Part shown: one piece after another, positions 36,704 to 46,536 of the stretch
Numbering within the stretch: position 1 is the stretch's first letter
Layout: every line of letters starts with the position of its first letter
Source of the DNA: Candidatus Saccharimonadota bacterium
Lineage (GTDB): Bacteria; Patescibacteriota; Saccharimonadia; Saccharimonadales; SLHW01
Direction: 5' to 3'
DNA length: 64,000 bases
Assembly (NCBI GenBank): GCA_050486305.1
Contig: JBJHDA010000001.1
Coordinates: 115,071 to 179,070, forward strand
Notes under the pieces: generated by a model
What the model was told of the DNA's origin: nothing
Databases searched by the model: none
The model's input: the letters and a program-made list of their open reading frames with translations, nothing else
Made by a program: the position numbers and the translations under genes

Positions 36704-37360
36704 ATGCCAAAAGTAACTATTACACCGAAATGGAAGAAGCAGAAGAAGCAAAAAAAACTACCGACTTACGCTTTTATAGATAGCCAAAACTTGAACCTTG
36801 GTATACAGCGGCTTGGCTGGAAGCTTGACTGGAAGAAGTTCAGGGTATTCCTAAAAGACACGTATGGGGTTACCAATGCATTCATGTTTATTGGGTATAT
36901 GCCGGAATACGAGGATTTGTATATGCAGCTGCATGAGGCGGGCTTTCAGATTGTATTGAAGCCGACGTACGATATGACGAAGCCGCAACCGGATATGGAT
37001 CCAAGCGCAGCAGAAAAAAACGGCGAAAAAAAGGATAAGGCGGGCGAGGAGAGCGAAAAACACATTAAGGGTAATATCGATGCCGATTTGGTGCTATGGG
37101 CAATGAAGGAAATGCCAAATTACGGCAAGGCGATTATTGTTTCCGGTGATGGTGATTTTTATACGTTGGTTGAGCATCTGGAGCAAAACGGCAAGTTGCT
37201 CCACATTCTCACCCCGAACCAGCATTATTCCGGGCTGTTTAATGCATTTGATTCTTATGTGGTGACGTTAGATAAGATGAGGGATAAGCTCGCTTACCGC
37301 GATAAACGCTCTCGACGCAAGGGGAGTGGCAGGACACAAAAGGGCAAACCGAAAAAATAG
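36704..37360 (+). CDS. NYN (LabA-like) domain protein
   Basis: AFIDSQNLNLG near the N-terminus and IIVSGDGDFYTLVEHL match the NYN/LabA acidic motifs. The protein has a Lys-rich insert and tail. Confidence 0.75.
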   Translation: MPKVTITPKWKKQKKQKKLPTYAFIDSQNLNLGIQRLGWKLDWKKFRVFLKDTYGVTNAFMFIGYMPEYEDLYMQLHEAGFQIVLKPTYDMTKPQPDMDPSAAEKNGEKKDKAGEESEKHIKGNIDADLVLWAMKEMPNYGKAIIVSGDGDFYTLVEHLEQNGKLLHILTPNQHYSGLFNAFDSYVVTLDKMRDKLAYRDKRSRRKGSGRTQKGKPKK

Positions 37361-37385
37361 ACGTTAACTGCTATACTGGCAAGCA

Positions 37386-38651
37386 ATGAAAGAAGACAGA
37401 AACCTAGATATATTTCCTGAGCAGTTTTTTTGGGGAGCGAGCACAGCGAGCTATCAGGTGGAAGGCGGCAATACAAACCAATGGTCAGAGTGGGAGTTAG
37501 CGAATGCGAGTGAATTTGCGCAGCTCGCACACACAAGACTCGCCGATTTGCCTGACTGGCGATCTATACGAAACGACGCCCAGACTCCGGAAAATTACGT
37601 TTCCGGCAGAGGCGTAGAACACTACAGCCGCTATAAACAAGATTTTGATATCTTAAAAGAGCTAAACCTGAACTCGTTCCGCTTCGGCGTGGAATGGTCG
37701 CGGCTTGAGCCGGAAGAGGGAAAGTGGAACGCGGCAGCGTTTGAACACTACAGAACCTACATAAAAGAGTTGCGGAAGCGTAATATCGAGCCGTTTTTAA
37801 ACTTATGGCATTGGACGGTGCCTACTTGGTTTGCTGAAAAGGGCGGGTTTGAGAAGCACAAAAATTTGGCGTATTTTGATCGGTTTGTACGGAAGGTATC
37901 CGAGGAGCTTCTCGATGACGTAACATATATCATTACGCTGAACGAGCCGAACGTCTACGCTAGTTTTAGCTATTTGACAGGGGAGTGGCCGCCACAAAAA
38001 AAGAGCATCATTTCTTTTCTTCGGGTCTATTGGAATCTGACACGAGCGCACCGGCGAGCCTATAAAATATTGAAAAACGTAAAACCTGCACTGCAGATCG
38101 GGCTGGCTGCTCAGCTCGCAAATATCCAAGCGAAGCATCCGCACAACATGCTTGATCAGTTTTCGACGAAATGGATGCGCTACTTTTGGAATTGGTGGTT
38201 TTTGAACAGGGTCAGGAATTATCAGGATTATGTTGGATTTAACTACTATTTTACCGATTATTACACTGGCATGATAAAGCGGAACAATCCAAGTGTGCCG
38301 GTTAGCGATCTTGGCTGGTATATGGAGCCGGAAGGGCTTTATCCAATCTTGCTACGAGTCTGGTCCCACTACAAGAAGCCGATTATTGTGACAGAGAATG
38401 GAGTGGCCGATAGTGAGGACCAATATCGCCGCTGGTGGCTGGAAGAGACGATCGTTGCAATGGAGCGGGCCCTGAGCCAAGGCGTTGATTTACACGGCTA
38501 CCTTCATTGGAGCCTATTGGATAACTTTGAATGGAAGTATGGCTGGTGGCCGAAGTTTGGGCTGGTTGAGGTTGACCGTAAAAATGGCATGAAGCGTAAG
38601 ATCCGCCCGAGTGCCAAATGGTACGCCGAGCGAATAAAAAATATATCCTAG
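37386..38651 (+). CDS. Glycoside hydrolase family 1 beta-glucosidase
   Basis: FFWGASTASYQVEGG, acid/base TLNEP, nucleophile VTENGVAD and the C-terminal HWSLLDNFEW. Confidence 0.92.
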   Translation: MKEDRNLDIFPEQFFWGASTASYQVEGGNTNQWSEWELANASEFAQLAHTRLADLPDWRSIRNDAQTPENYVSGRGVEHYSRYKQDFDILKELNLNSFRFGVEWSRLEPEEGKWNAAAFEHYRTYIKELRKRNIEPFLNLWHWTVPTWFAEKGGFEKHKNLAYFDRFVRKVSEELLDDVTYIITLNEPNVYASFSYLTGEWPPQKKSIISFLRVYWNLTRAHRRAYKILKNVKPALQIGLAAQLANIQAKHPHNMLDQFSTKWMRYFWNWWFLNRVRNYQDYVGFNYYFTDYYTGMIKRNNPSVPVSDLGWYMEPEGLYPILLRVWSHYKKPIIVTENGVADSEDQYRRWWLEETIVAMERALSQGVDLHGYLHWSLLDNFEWKYGWWPKFGLVEVDRKNGMKRKIRPSAKWYAERIKNIS

Positions 38652-38736
38652 CAAGTATAAATAACGGCCGAAGATACGATTAAAAATATAATGCTTGCCA
38701 AGCGGTGCGTAGTGGTTGTTATAGTGCTGGTTACGT

Positions 38737-39732
38737 ATGGCGAACAAAAAATCTAGTAAACGTGTTGTAGTGATTGGCGGTGGCACTGGTAGTTTTGAGC
38801 TTCTTTCTGGCCTAAAAAAGTATTTTTCTGACATTACCGCGCTTGTAAATATGGTGGATGATGGCGGGTCGACCGGCGTACTTCGTGATGAGCTCGGCGT
38901 ACTTCCGCCTGGCGATGTGCGGCAATGCTTAGTGGCGCTAAGCGATGCGCCAGATGTCATGCGACGACTGTTTAATTTCCGTTTTGCACAGGGGACGTTC
39001 GCAGGGCATTCATTTGGGAATATATTTTTGAGCGCAGTGGAGCGAATGACTGATAGTTTTGATGAAGCGGTATCTATGGCAGGAGACGTGCTTAATATAT
39101 CTGGTAAGGTTCTTCCGCTTACGACGGATAATTGCCAGCTTATAATGAAGGCAGACGATACCGTTGTTAGGGGTGAATCTGCAATTTCAAACACGACGAT
39201 ACCGCCAAAATGTCGGCCGGAATTCTGGATTGAGCCGCCTGCACGGATAACGCCAGCGGCAAAAAAGGCGCTTATAGAGGCAGAGCTCGTGGTTATCGCA
39301 CCAGGCAATTTGTACTGCTCGCTTATTCCATCTCTTATTATTGATGGCGTGGCTGAGACTCTGAAGCAAAGTACGGCACCGCTGGTGTACGTAGCCAACC
39401 TCGTTAACAAGCCAAACCACACGAATGATTTCACTGTTGTGGAATATGTGCAAGAATTGGAACGGTTCTTAGCAGGCAAGCGGATCGATACCGTGCTCTA
39501 TAATACTGATCAGCCGACCGATTACTTGATGAAGCGGTATGCGCTTGACGATGAGTATCCTGTTATTATTGATGCAAATCGTCTCGAGAAAGCCCGTTTT
39601 ACAGCAGTCGGCGGACACTTCTTGCAAAAAGGCACAATAGAGCGGAGCAAAAACGACACGCGAATCAAGCGGTCGTACATACGTCACGATGCAGAGGCGA
39701 TTGCCCAACAGCTTTCAAAGCTCATATCGTAG
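38737..39732 (+). CDS. yvcK: YvcK/CofD-like (UPF0052, gluconeogenesis factor) protein
   Basis: VVVIGGGTGSFELLSGLK and VNMVDDGGSTGVLRDELGVLPPGDVRQCLVAL are family hallmarks. Confidence 0.85.
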   Translation: MANKKSSKRVVVIGGGTGSFELLSGLKKYFSDITALVNMVDDGGSTGVLRDELGVLPPGDVRQCLVALSDAPDVMRRLFNFRFAQGTFAGHSFGNIFLSAVERMTDSFDEAVSMAGDVLNISGKVLPLTTDNCQLIMKADDTVVRGESAISNTTIPPKCRPEFWIEPPARITPAAKKALIEAELVVIAPGNLYCSLIPSLIIDGVAETLKQSTAPLVYVANLVNKPNHTNDFTVVEYVQELERFLAGKRIDTVLYNTDQPTDYLMKRYALDDEYPVIIDANRLEKARFTAVGGHFLQKGTIERSKNDTRIKRSYIRHDAEAIAQQLSKLIS

Positions 39733-39744
39733 AAGGCCATAATA

Positions 39745-39773
39745 TTGACATAAAAGTAATCTTATGCTAATAT
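39745..39773 (+). promoter_or_regulatory. Sigma70-type promoter candidate, probably giving a leaderless or near-leaderless mRNA
   Basis: TTGACA (39745-39750), a 17-nt spacer, then TAATAT (39768-39773). The in-frame ATG at 39782 lies 8 nt after the -10 hexamer. Confidence 0.6.
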
Positions 39774-39781
39774 ATATGCCA

Positions 39782-40162
39782 ATGAATGAATCACATAAAC
39801 CGCAATATAATCCGGAAACAAAGCACCCGACTGGCAGGTTAAGACGTGTCGCTGCGACAGCAATGACTGGTCTTGCATTGTTCGGAGTCTACAAAGCAGG
39901 TGGAGAGTTCGTAAGTCATGTTCGACAGCTTGAGTCGCATCCAATCGAGTTTGGCAATGAGGATAATACACACCACACTGTTAAGGCCGGTGAAAACCCA
40001 TGGACGATTGCTCGCGGTATCTTAGGAGAAGATGCTGATGTCCGGCATCTCGTTAACGGGATAAAAGAACAGGCCGGAGAGAACGGTGTATTTATGCCTG
40101 GCCAGGTTATTGAGCTTCCACCACAGAAAGTATTAGAAGAAATGAAATCCTCGGCCGAATAG
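39782..40162 (+). CDS. Membrane-anchored LysM-like domain protein
   Basis: It has one TM helix (AATAMTGLALFGVY). The segment HTVKAGENPWTIARGILGEDADVRHLVNGIKEQ...GQVIELP resembles a LysM repeat. The start could be 39776. Confidence 0.5.
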   Translation: MNESHKPQYNPETKHPTGRLRRVAATAMTGLALFGVYKAGGEFVSHVRQLESHPIEFGNEDNTHHTVKAGENPWTIARGILGEDADVRHLVNGIKEQAGENGVFMPGQVIELPPQKVLEEMKSSAE

Positions 40163-40246
40163 CGCACGGATACATAGTTGACTTGATTCAAGCCATCTAA
40201 TGAATGCAGCCAATCGCATCTTTCTATTAGCACTATTGCAAGACTA

Positions 40247-40275
40247 TTGACACAATTACAAATTGAGAGTATGGT
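40247..40275 (+). promoter_or_regulatory. Sigma70-type promoter candidate
   Basis: TTGACA (40247-40252), a 17-nt spacer, then TATGGT (40270-40275), upstream of the ATG at 40322, which has a GAGAGG Shine-Dalgarno. Confidence 0.5.
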
Positions 40276-40321
40276 TTATCTTATAGTAAGCTATATTAGC
40301 AAGATAATTGAGAGGTTATTT

Positions 40322-41173
40322 ATGTCGTTTGAATCGCGGAGTCCTGAAATTGAAGATAATGGCCAGGCTACGGAAAATAGTTTTTTTGAGAGATTGCGCC
40401 ACAACACGAAGGCGAGGAATCTATTAATTGGTACCGTTGCACTCGGAGCGGTTGGATTTGGGGTGAAGAGCTATTTTGACGCGAGCCATAACAGTAAAGT
40501 TGATGTCGCACAACTGTCAGACCGAATAGAGGCAGGTGTACTGGAGAGCTTCGGTGAACCAGATGGGGTCGAAGTGTTTGATCGAAACGTAATACTTACC
40601 GAAGGCGCAACATTTTACGATGCGCCGCACGAGGTGATTGATCGTCGGCTTGGCGGGCTTGTCCGAAATAGCAATGTTGTCGAAACGCTTGATGCGGACC
40701 AGGTTCGTAGTGCAGAGACTGTTCTTACGATTAACGGCGAAGGGGGAAAGACGTGGTTAGGCGTACGGCCTGAGAATAATAGTCCAGAAGCGGCAGACGA
40801 GGCCGAAGAAGTGGACGCCGGGGAAGAAGAGCAGGCAACAAACGACGCTGATATAGCAAAGTTCGCCCTAGGAGAGCTCGTATGGACTCCGGTAGATGTC
40901 TCGGAAGAATCTGGGCTGCCTACCGCATATTTTGCGAATACCGATGAATCAGTAAGCCAAATCTCTGTTGATTCTATCTCAGTAAGTGCAGATATGGTAA
41001 CGGCTACGGGTTCTGAAGCATCAAATCTGGCCGCCTCGACTGATTTATCTCTGCCGTTTGCCGACGTGCTGGCATTCAACAATGCCTTTTATGGCGAAGG
41101 CATAACAGGGGGCTTTTTACCGATGGATATGGCAGAGCTTCCGAACACCGCTCACGCGCCTACGGCAGATTAA
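40322..41173 (+). CDS. Membrane-anchored acidic protein, unknown function
   Basis: It has one TM helix (LLIGTVALGAVGFGV) followed by a D/E-rich extracytoplasmic region. ATG 40322 was preferred over the TTG at 40247, which lies inside the promoter. Confidence 0.55.
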   Translation: MSFESRSPEIEDNGQATENSFFERLRHNTKARNLLIGTVALGAVGFGVKSYFDASHNSKVDVAQLSDRIEAGVLESFGEPDGVEVFDRNVILTEGATFYDAPHEVIDRRLGGLVRNSNVVETLDADQVRSAETVLTINGEGGKTWLGVRPENNSPEAADEAEEVDAGEEEQATNDADIAKFALGELVWTPVDVSEESGLPTAYFANTDESVSQISVDSISVSADMVTATGSEASNLAASTDLSLPFADVLAFNNAFYGEGITGGFLPMDMAELPNTAHAPTAD

Positions 41174-41256
41174 GTAAGCGACTTGATGACAAGTTGTGAG
41201 GTGGGCATCTCTTGACAGGTTAATGTAGAGACAATAGCGTCTGGGCTTTTACTTAT

Positions 41257-41281
41257 CCACCACATCTAGTGGTGGTTTTTT
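41257..41281 (+). terminator. Rho-independent terminator
   Basis: CCACCAC-ATCTA-GTGGTGG hairpin followed by TTTTTT. Confidence 0.7.
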
Positions 41282-41346
41282 CTATCGCAAAAATTCTGTG
41301 GAAAACTAAGCAACTTTAAGAGAAAAAATAAGAAAAAGGCTTGCAT

Positions 41347-41392
41347 GTGGGTGGAGGTGGGTAGTATGCTGGGGTTAGTGGGTAATCGTGGG
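41347..41392 (+). promoter_or_regulatory. Array of five (G)TGGG direct repeats with ~10-bp phasing: candidate MraZ operator
   Basis: GTGGG occurs at 41347, 41357, 41378 and 41388, plus CTGGG at 41369. The array sits 65-110 nt upstream of mraZ and follows TTGCAT at 41341. Confidence 0.6.
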
Positions 41393-41457
41393 TAAGGCAA
41401 AACAGCTTACCACCGACAAAAAATAAAAACCACTGTAATTTTAAAAACCTATCAACT

Positions 41458-41817
41458 ATGGCCACGATAGACTACTTTGAACGTAAACTAGATGACAAGC
41501 GGCGGTTAACCATACCGGTTGAGCTTCGAGACGAGTTTACATCTGGGGTAGTTGTCACTCGTGGATTTCGGAAATACTTGCACCTGTATCCAAAATCGGT
41601 ATGGGACGAGCAGGTCGAAGCAAAGCTCCAAGGAGACATTCTTGATGAGCGGATTGCTGATCTGAACGTGCAGTTTCGAACCGGCAAGACGGAAGCCTCT
41701 CTGGACCAGAAGCAGGGTCGTGTCGCGATTGAGAAGCATTTGCTCGATTATGCAGGTATAGATAAGTCACTGGTTGCTATCAGGGTCGGCCGTTATTGGC
41801 GACTGGTTGCAGCATAA
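41458..41817 (+). CDS. mraZ: Transcriptional regulator MraZ
   Basis: Two SpoVT-AbrB-like repeats with DDKRRLTIPVELRDEF and DQKQGRVAIEKHLLDYAGI. It is the first gene of the dcw cluster. Confidence 0.85.
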   Translation: MATIDYFERKLDDKRRLTIPVELRDEFTSGVVVTRGFRKYLHLYPKSVWDEQVEAKLQGDILDERIADLNVQFRTGKTEASLDQKQGRVAIEKHLLDYAGIDKSLVAIRVGRYWRLVAA

Positions 41818-42174
41818 CGCTGACCTAATCCGGAAATAGCTTTTGATAGCTGTTCTTTAACAATAACAAACAGATAGATAACAAAACGACTCGAAGTTAG
41901 CTATCTGGCAGTCAACATGTGGACGAAGGTAACCACACGAAAAACCTTTGATCTTTACACTAAAACACCTCCCAAAACTCCACCTCACACATAAGTCTCT
42001 CAAAACTTGGGTTCGGAAGAGTAAGGAAGTAGGGTATTACAGGATTTTTAAAATCTTACATTAGTAACTACCTGCACATACGGCCTTCTCGGATGAGCCT
42101 ACACAAAAACAAAAACGTATAAAAAACAAAAAGTTGACTGCTGGATAGGTGACTTTGTAAAAAACAAAAACAAA

Positions 42175-43092
42175 ATGCACCAAAACAAAAACAAAACAAC
42201 AAACAGGCATCAGCCAGTACTTTTAGGCGAAGTTCTGCAGTACCTTGAACCAAAAGCGGGAGATTCATATCTTGACTTAACGGCAGGTTACGGCGGACAT
42301 GCTAGTGAAGTACTTCATCGTTCTAAAGCGTATGATTCGGCAGTACTAGTCGATCGCGACGAAGAGGCGATAGAATATTTACAGGAGAAATTTGCAGGCA
42401 AGCCAGTGAGCTTACTGCATAACGATTTTCTGGCGGCAGCAGAGCAACTGCAGAAAGCCGGTAAAACATTCGACTGTATATTGGCTGACCTTGGTGTATC
42501 GTCACCGCACCTTGACAAGGCGAGTCGTGGTTTTAGCGTTCAAGTGGATGAGCCGCTTGATATGCGTATGGATCAACGCCAAAAACTGACAGCAGAAGTA
42601 GTTCTGAACACCTACGGCGAAGCAGAATTAACGAGACTGCTCAGGGAATATGGCGAAGAACCAAAGGCAAGACAAATTGCCAAGCGTATTATTGCGGACC
42701 GACCCGTTACCACTACCAAGCAGCTCGCAGACATTGCGCAGTCTGTCTGGAAGAGGAGTAAACGGCATCCAGCAACCCGAACGTTCCAGGCAATCCGCAT
42801 AGAAGTGAACGATGAGCTGAGCCTTCTAAAAAAGGCGCTACCAATTTGGCTGGAATTACTTTCACCAGGCGGTAGAATTGCAGTCATCAGTTTTCATAGC
42901 CTAGAAGATAGGCTTGTGAAGAAGGCGTTTGCAGCCAGAGGCGGCAATCGGTATGATGCGGAGCTTACAGTACTGACCAAAAAACCAAAGACCGCTCGCC
43001 ATGAAGAATTAGTTTTTAATCCGCGTTCCAGGAGTGCAAAACTCCGGGCCGCAGCGAAAATAAACACCAAAAACCAACCAGAAGACCAGTAA
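42175..43092 (+). CDS. rsmH: 16S rRNA (cytosine1402-N4)-methyltransferase RsmH
   Basis: HQPVLLGEVLQYL, YLDLTAGYGGH, LADLGVSSPHLD and ISFHSLEDR motifs. Confidence 0.92.
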   Translation: MHQNKNKTTNRHQPVLLGEVLQYLEPKAGDSYLDLTAGYGGHASEVLHRSKAYDSAVLVDRDEEAIEYLQEKFAGKPVSLLHNDFLAAAEQLQKAGKTFDCILADLGVSSPHLDKASRGFSVQVDEPLDMRMDQRQKLTAEVVLNTYGEAELTRLLREYGEEPKARQIAKRIIADRPVTTTKQLADIAQSVWKRSKRHPATRTFQAIRIEVNDELSLLKKALPIWLELLSPGGRIAVISFHSLEDRLVKKAFAARGGNRYDAELTVLTKKPKTARHEELVFNPRSRSAKLRAAAKINTKNQPEDQ

Positions 43093-43276
43093 AAGGTGGT
43101 CTTCAAAAGAAAGGGGGCGAGGATGCCTATTCAGGTCAAAAACCTCTCCCGAGCTTACAAAGTACGCGTACGCGTAATGTAGTAGGCACACAGGGTGTCT
43201 TGGCGCTTTTTACTGTTTCCTTTTTAGCGCCAAGCTCCCTTAAAAAAACAAAAAGAAAAACAGGCGAAGAAAATAT

Positions 43277-43621
43277 ATGACATATTCAAGCACACTTGCT
43301 GTTGGACGCTCCCGCGCGATGGGCAGAAACAAAAATGTTACGTCACATCTACGGCAGGCGCGAACGATTGGGCCCGTCAGTAATACAATTATTCTAGTAG
43401 TTTTGGCATGTTTGCTCGGACTTTTGTATTTATCGCAGATCACGAAGACGAATGCGTACGGGTTTCATATTGACGATTTGCAGTCTCGCCATTCATCGCT
43501 CCAGGCAGAACATGCCGAACTAGAGTTAAACGCAGCACGATTGCAATCGGTTGACCGCATCAAGGACAGCGGAGTTGCCCAAGGCCTGGTTTCTACTCAG
43601 CCTCAGGCAGTTGTTGAATAA
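43277..43621 (+). CDS. ftsL: FtsL-like cell division protein
   Basis: 114 aa bitopic protein with one TM helix (IILVVLACLLGLLYL) followed by a coiled coil. It sits in the conserved position between rsmH and ftsI. Confidence 0.6.
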   Translation: MTYSSTLAVGRSRAMGRNKNVTSHLRQARTIGPVSNTIILVVLACLLGLLYLSQITKTNAYGFHIDDLQSRHSSLQAEHAELELNAARLQSVDRIKDSGVAQGLVSTQPQAVVE

Positions 43622-43686
43622 ACCTAGCATTGGCGGTTTGTACCCACTACCATATAGAAAGCCTCACGATGAATAGATAGAGCCGT

Positions 43687-45462
43687 ATGCAGCATCAAAA
43701 ATATACCCCCAATATTCTCACACGTACACGACTTTGGTACGTGCTGATTTTGTTGTTATCAAGTGTGGTGCTCGTACGGGTGTTTTATCTTCAGGTTATA
43801 CAGCACGATTATTATAAAACTGCTGCGCTGGTCGGCCAATTTCGGGAATATGAGATTCCTGCATCTCGGGGAGTTATAGAGGCACACAATGGCGATGCGG
43901 TCGTTCCAATTGTATTAAACGAGCCGAAGTTTACGCTCTTTGTTGATCCGCTAAATATAGAATCGGCTGAACAAACAGCAGATGCCGTTTTGGAGGTTAT
44001 ACCGACGCTTGAGCGCGACGATGTCATGGAGAGCATGGAGGCAGATAGCAGGTATCAGGTGCTAAGAAAGAAGCTGACTAAACCAATCGCTGAGCGAATC
44101 GAGGCGCTAGAGTTGCCTGGGGTAGGAATTCGTGAGGAGCCGTATCGGACGTACCCACAAGGGGAGTTAGCGGCACATATTCTCGGTTTTGTTAATGATG
44201 ACGGCGAAGGTAAGTACGGTATTGAGCAGGCGCTTGATGACGTACTGCAAGGAACGCCAGGTCAGCTTCGAGCGATTACTGATGCTCGAGGAATACCGCT
44301 AGCAGCAAACCGCGACAATACACTGATAGAGCCGCAGGCAGGGAAGCGGGTACGCTTGACGATAGATGTGAGTCTACAGAAGCAGCTCGAAGATATTCTA
44401 GAGGCAGGGCTGGAGCACGCGCGGTCTGACTCTGGGGGCGCTTTGATTATGAATGCCGATACAGGGCAGATTAAAGCAATGGCGAATTACCCGACATTCG
44501 AACCGGGAAAATTTTTTGACGTATCGGCAGATGAGGTCGAGGTGTTTCAGAATAACCTGATCGCCTCTCCGCTTGAGATTGGGTCAATAATGAAGCCGTT
44601 GACAATGGCCGCAGCGCTTGATCAAGGTGTCGTCAGCAAGAGTACGACGTATCATGATCCGGATCAATTTACGATTGACGGCGCTACGGTTTACAACGTG
44701 GAAGAGTCAAGCGGCGTCGGCACAAGGTCAATGGAAGACATTCTGCAATTATCACTAAATACTGGTGCAACTTGGCTCTTGAAGCAGATGGGAGATGGCG
44801 AAGTAAATGAAAGAGCTCGTGTTGTTTGGCACCAATATATGACCGAGCACTTCTTTTTTGAAGATCCGACTGGGGTCGAGCAGGGGTATGAGGCAGCAGG
44901 ATCAATACCGTCGCCGACAGAAGGCTTTGGTCTTAATATTCAGTACGCTAACACTGCATTCGGCCAGGGCATGACAGCAACGCCGCTGCAAGCAGTTTCT
45001 GCATTAGCGGCGGTAATAAATGGCGGGACTTATTATCAACCGAGGTTGGTTGACGCATTGAGCAATAGTGACGGGGAGATGGAGCCATCTGAGCCGATAG
45101 TTAGGAAAGAGGGTGTTGTATCATCGAGGGTGAGCTCTGACCTTCGTGATCTCATGGAGCGGGCATTTGCAAAAAACTATCGTACGTATGGCATGGAGCG
45201 GCTAAGAGACGGCTTCTCAATTGGCGGGAAAACCGGTACCGCCCAGGTCCCGAATCCAGAAACGGGTGGCTACTACGACGATCGGTACAACGGAACGTTT
45301 ATGGGTTATGTTAGCGGCGACAGTGAAACGTATGTAATTATTGTACGTGTTGATGAGCCATCAATAGGCGGTTATGCGGGCTCAACGGCAGCTGGACCTG
45401 TTTTTGTTGATTTAGTTGAAGCGTTGATTGATTCTTACGGTGTGCAGCCGAAGGTGAATTAA
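43687..45462 (+). CDS. ftsI: Penicillin-binding protein, class B transpeptidase (FtsI/PBP2-type)
   Basis: N-terminal TM anchor, SxxK (GSIMKP), SxN (LSLNTG) and KTG (GKTGTAQ) motifs. Confidence 0.9.
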   Translation: MQHQKYTPNILTRTRLWYVLILLLSSVVLVRVFYLQVIQHDYYKTAALVGQFREYEIPASRGVIEAHNGDAVVPIVLNEPKFTLFVDPLNIESAEQTADAVLEVIPTLERDDVMESMEADSRYQVLRKKLTKPIAERIEALELPGVGIREEPYRTYPQGELAAHILGFVNDDGEGKYGIEQALDDVLQGTPGQLRAITDARGIPLAANRDNTLIEPQAGKRVRLTIDVSLQKQLEDILEAGLEHARSDSGGALIMNADTGQIKAMANYPTFEPGKFFDVSADEVEVFQNNLIASPLEIGSIMKPLTMAAALDQGVVSKSTTYHDPDQFTIDGATVYNVEESSGVGTRSMEDILQLSLNTGATWLLKQMGDGEVNERARVVWHQYMTEHFFFEDPTGVEQGYEAAGSIPSPTEGFGLNIQYANTAFGQGMTATPLQAVSALAAVINGGTYYQPRLVDALSNSDGEMEPSEPIVRKEGVVSSRVSSDLRDLMERAFAKNYRTYGMERLRDGFSIGGKTGTAQVPNPETGGYYDDRYNGTFMGYVSGDSETYVIIVRVDEPSIGGYAGSTAAGPVFVDLVEALIDSYGVQPKVN

Positions 45463-45484
45463 GGTACACTAAGGAATAGATTGT

Positions 45485-46528
45485 ATGACCGAAACAATAG
45501 AAATTATCGCCGAAACAAATGTAGTTCTCCAGACATTATTGTTGGGGTTCTTAGCATTTGTAATCAGCATGATACTAACCCCGATTTACACGAATATCGC
45601 TTTTCGCTATAGATGGTGGAAGCAGCAGCGAACTGAAGCATGGTCAGGCGGCGAAGCGAGTGTTTATAAGCAATTACATGCCAGTAAACACAAGCGCAAT
45701 ATCCCGACGATGGCCGGAATTATTTTTGTTACGAGCGTACTCATCGTTACGCTTTTTCTTAACCTTGACAGGGGTCAGACCTGGCTGCCGCTTGCTGCTA
45801 TGGTCGGCTCAGGGCTTATCGGTTTTGTTGATGACTGGATAAATATTCGCGGAAAGAAAAAGCTGATAGCCGGTATGCAGGCGAAGATAAAGTTCTTTCT
45901 CCATAGCGCCGTTGCGTTAGTTGGTGGCTGGTGGTTCTTTGCGCGGCTCGATGTTACGAGCATAAGCTTACCGTTCGTAGGCGAGTGGGTGATAGGGGCG
46001 GGGATTATATTGCTGTTTTGGTTTGTCGTTATCGCGACAGCTAATGCAGTGAATATAACCGATGGCTTAGATGGATTGGCTGGCGGGCTGCTTGTAGCGT
46101 CTTTTTCGGCATATACGGTAATTTGTGTCATCCAGGGTCAATATGCGCTTGCTGGATTCTGTCTGAGTGTTGTTGGGGCATTACTGAGCTACACATGGTT
46201 TAATATTTATCCCGCACGGTTCTTCATGGGCGATATCGGCTCTTTTTCGCTTGGAACTGCGCTGGGTGTTATCGCGATGCAAACCGATACGGTGTTTGTG
46301 TTGCCGATTATTGGCTTGGTGTATGTTGCAGAAACGGGGTCGGTTATAGTAAACCGCACTTCAAAGAAGCTGCGCAAAGGAAAGAAGGTCTTCCGCTCTT
46401 CTCCGATACATCATCATTTTGAGGCGCTTGGGTGGCCAGAAACAAAAGTGACGATGCGCTTTTGGATACTCGGCCAGGTGTCTGCTGTGCTTGGATTGAT
46501 TGCATATCTATTGGGCAGGGTGTTCTAG
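45485..46528 (+). CDS. mraY: Phospho-N-acetylmuramoyl-pentapeptide transferase
   Basis: NAVNITDGLDGLAGG, a polytopic membrane profile and PIHHHFE near the C-terminus. Confidence 0.93.
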   Translation: MTETIEIIAETNVVLQTLLLGFLAFVISMILTPIYTNIAFRYRWWKQQRTEAWSGGEASVYKQLHASKHKRNIPTMAGIIFVTSVLIVTLFLNLDRGQTWLPLAAMVGSGLIGFVDDWINIRGKKKLIAGMQAKIKFFLHSAVALVGGWWFFARLDVTSISLPFVGEWVIGAGIILLFWFVVIATANAVNITDGLDGLAGGLLVASFSAYTVICVIQGQYALAGFCLSVVGALLSYTWFNIYPARFFMGDIGSFSLGTALGVIAMQTDTVFVLPIIGLVYVAETGSVIVNRTSKKLRKGKKVFRSSPIHHHFEALGWPETKVTMRFWILGQVSAVLGLIAYLLGRVF

Positions 46529-46536
46529 GGGTTAGC

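Noticed and set aside
38514-39479. A 321-aa minus-strand ORF lies antisense to yvcK. Similar long antisense ORFs occur at 9848-10537, 10547-11008, 2703-3212, 13288-13737, 40615-41082, 35565-35993 and 27241-27643.
   Set aside because: All have biased S/T/P/A/R-rich or Cys/Trp/Arg-rich composition. Each lies opposite a gene with strong family motifs or paralog support, which is typical of shadow ORFs in GC-balanced coding sequence.
41253-41261. A near-consensus DnaA box TTATCCACC lies upstream of mraZ.
   Set aside because: It forms the left arm of the CCACCAC/GTGGTGG terminator hairpin of the preceding gene and has one mismatch, so it is most simply explained as terminator sequence.
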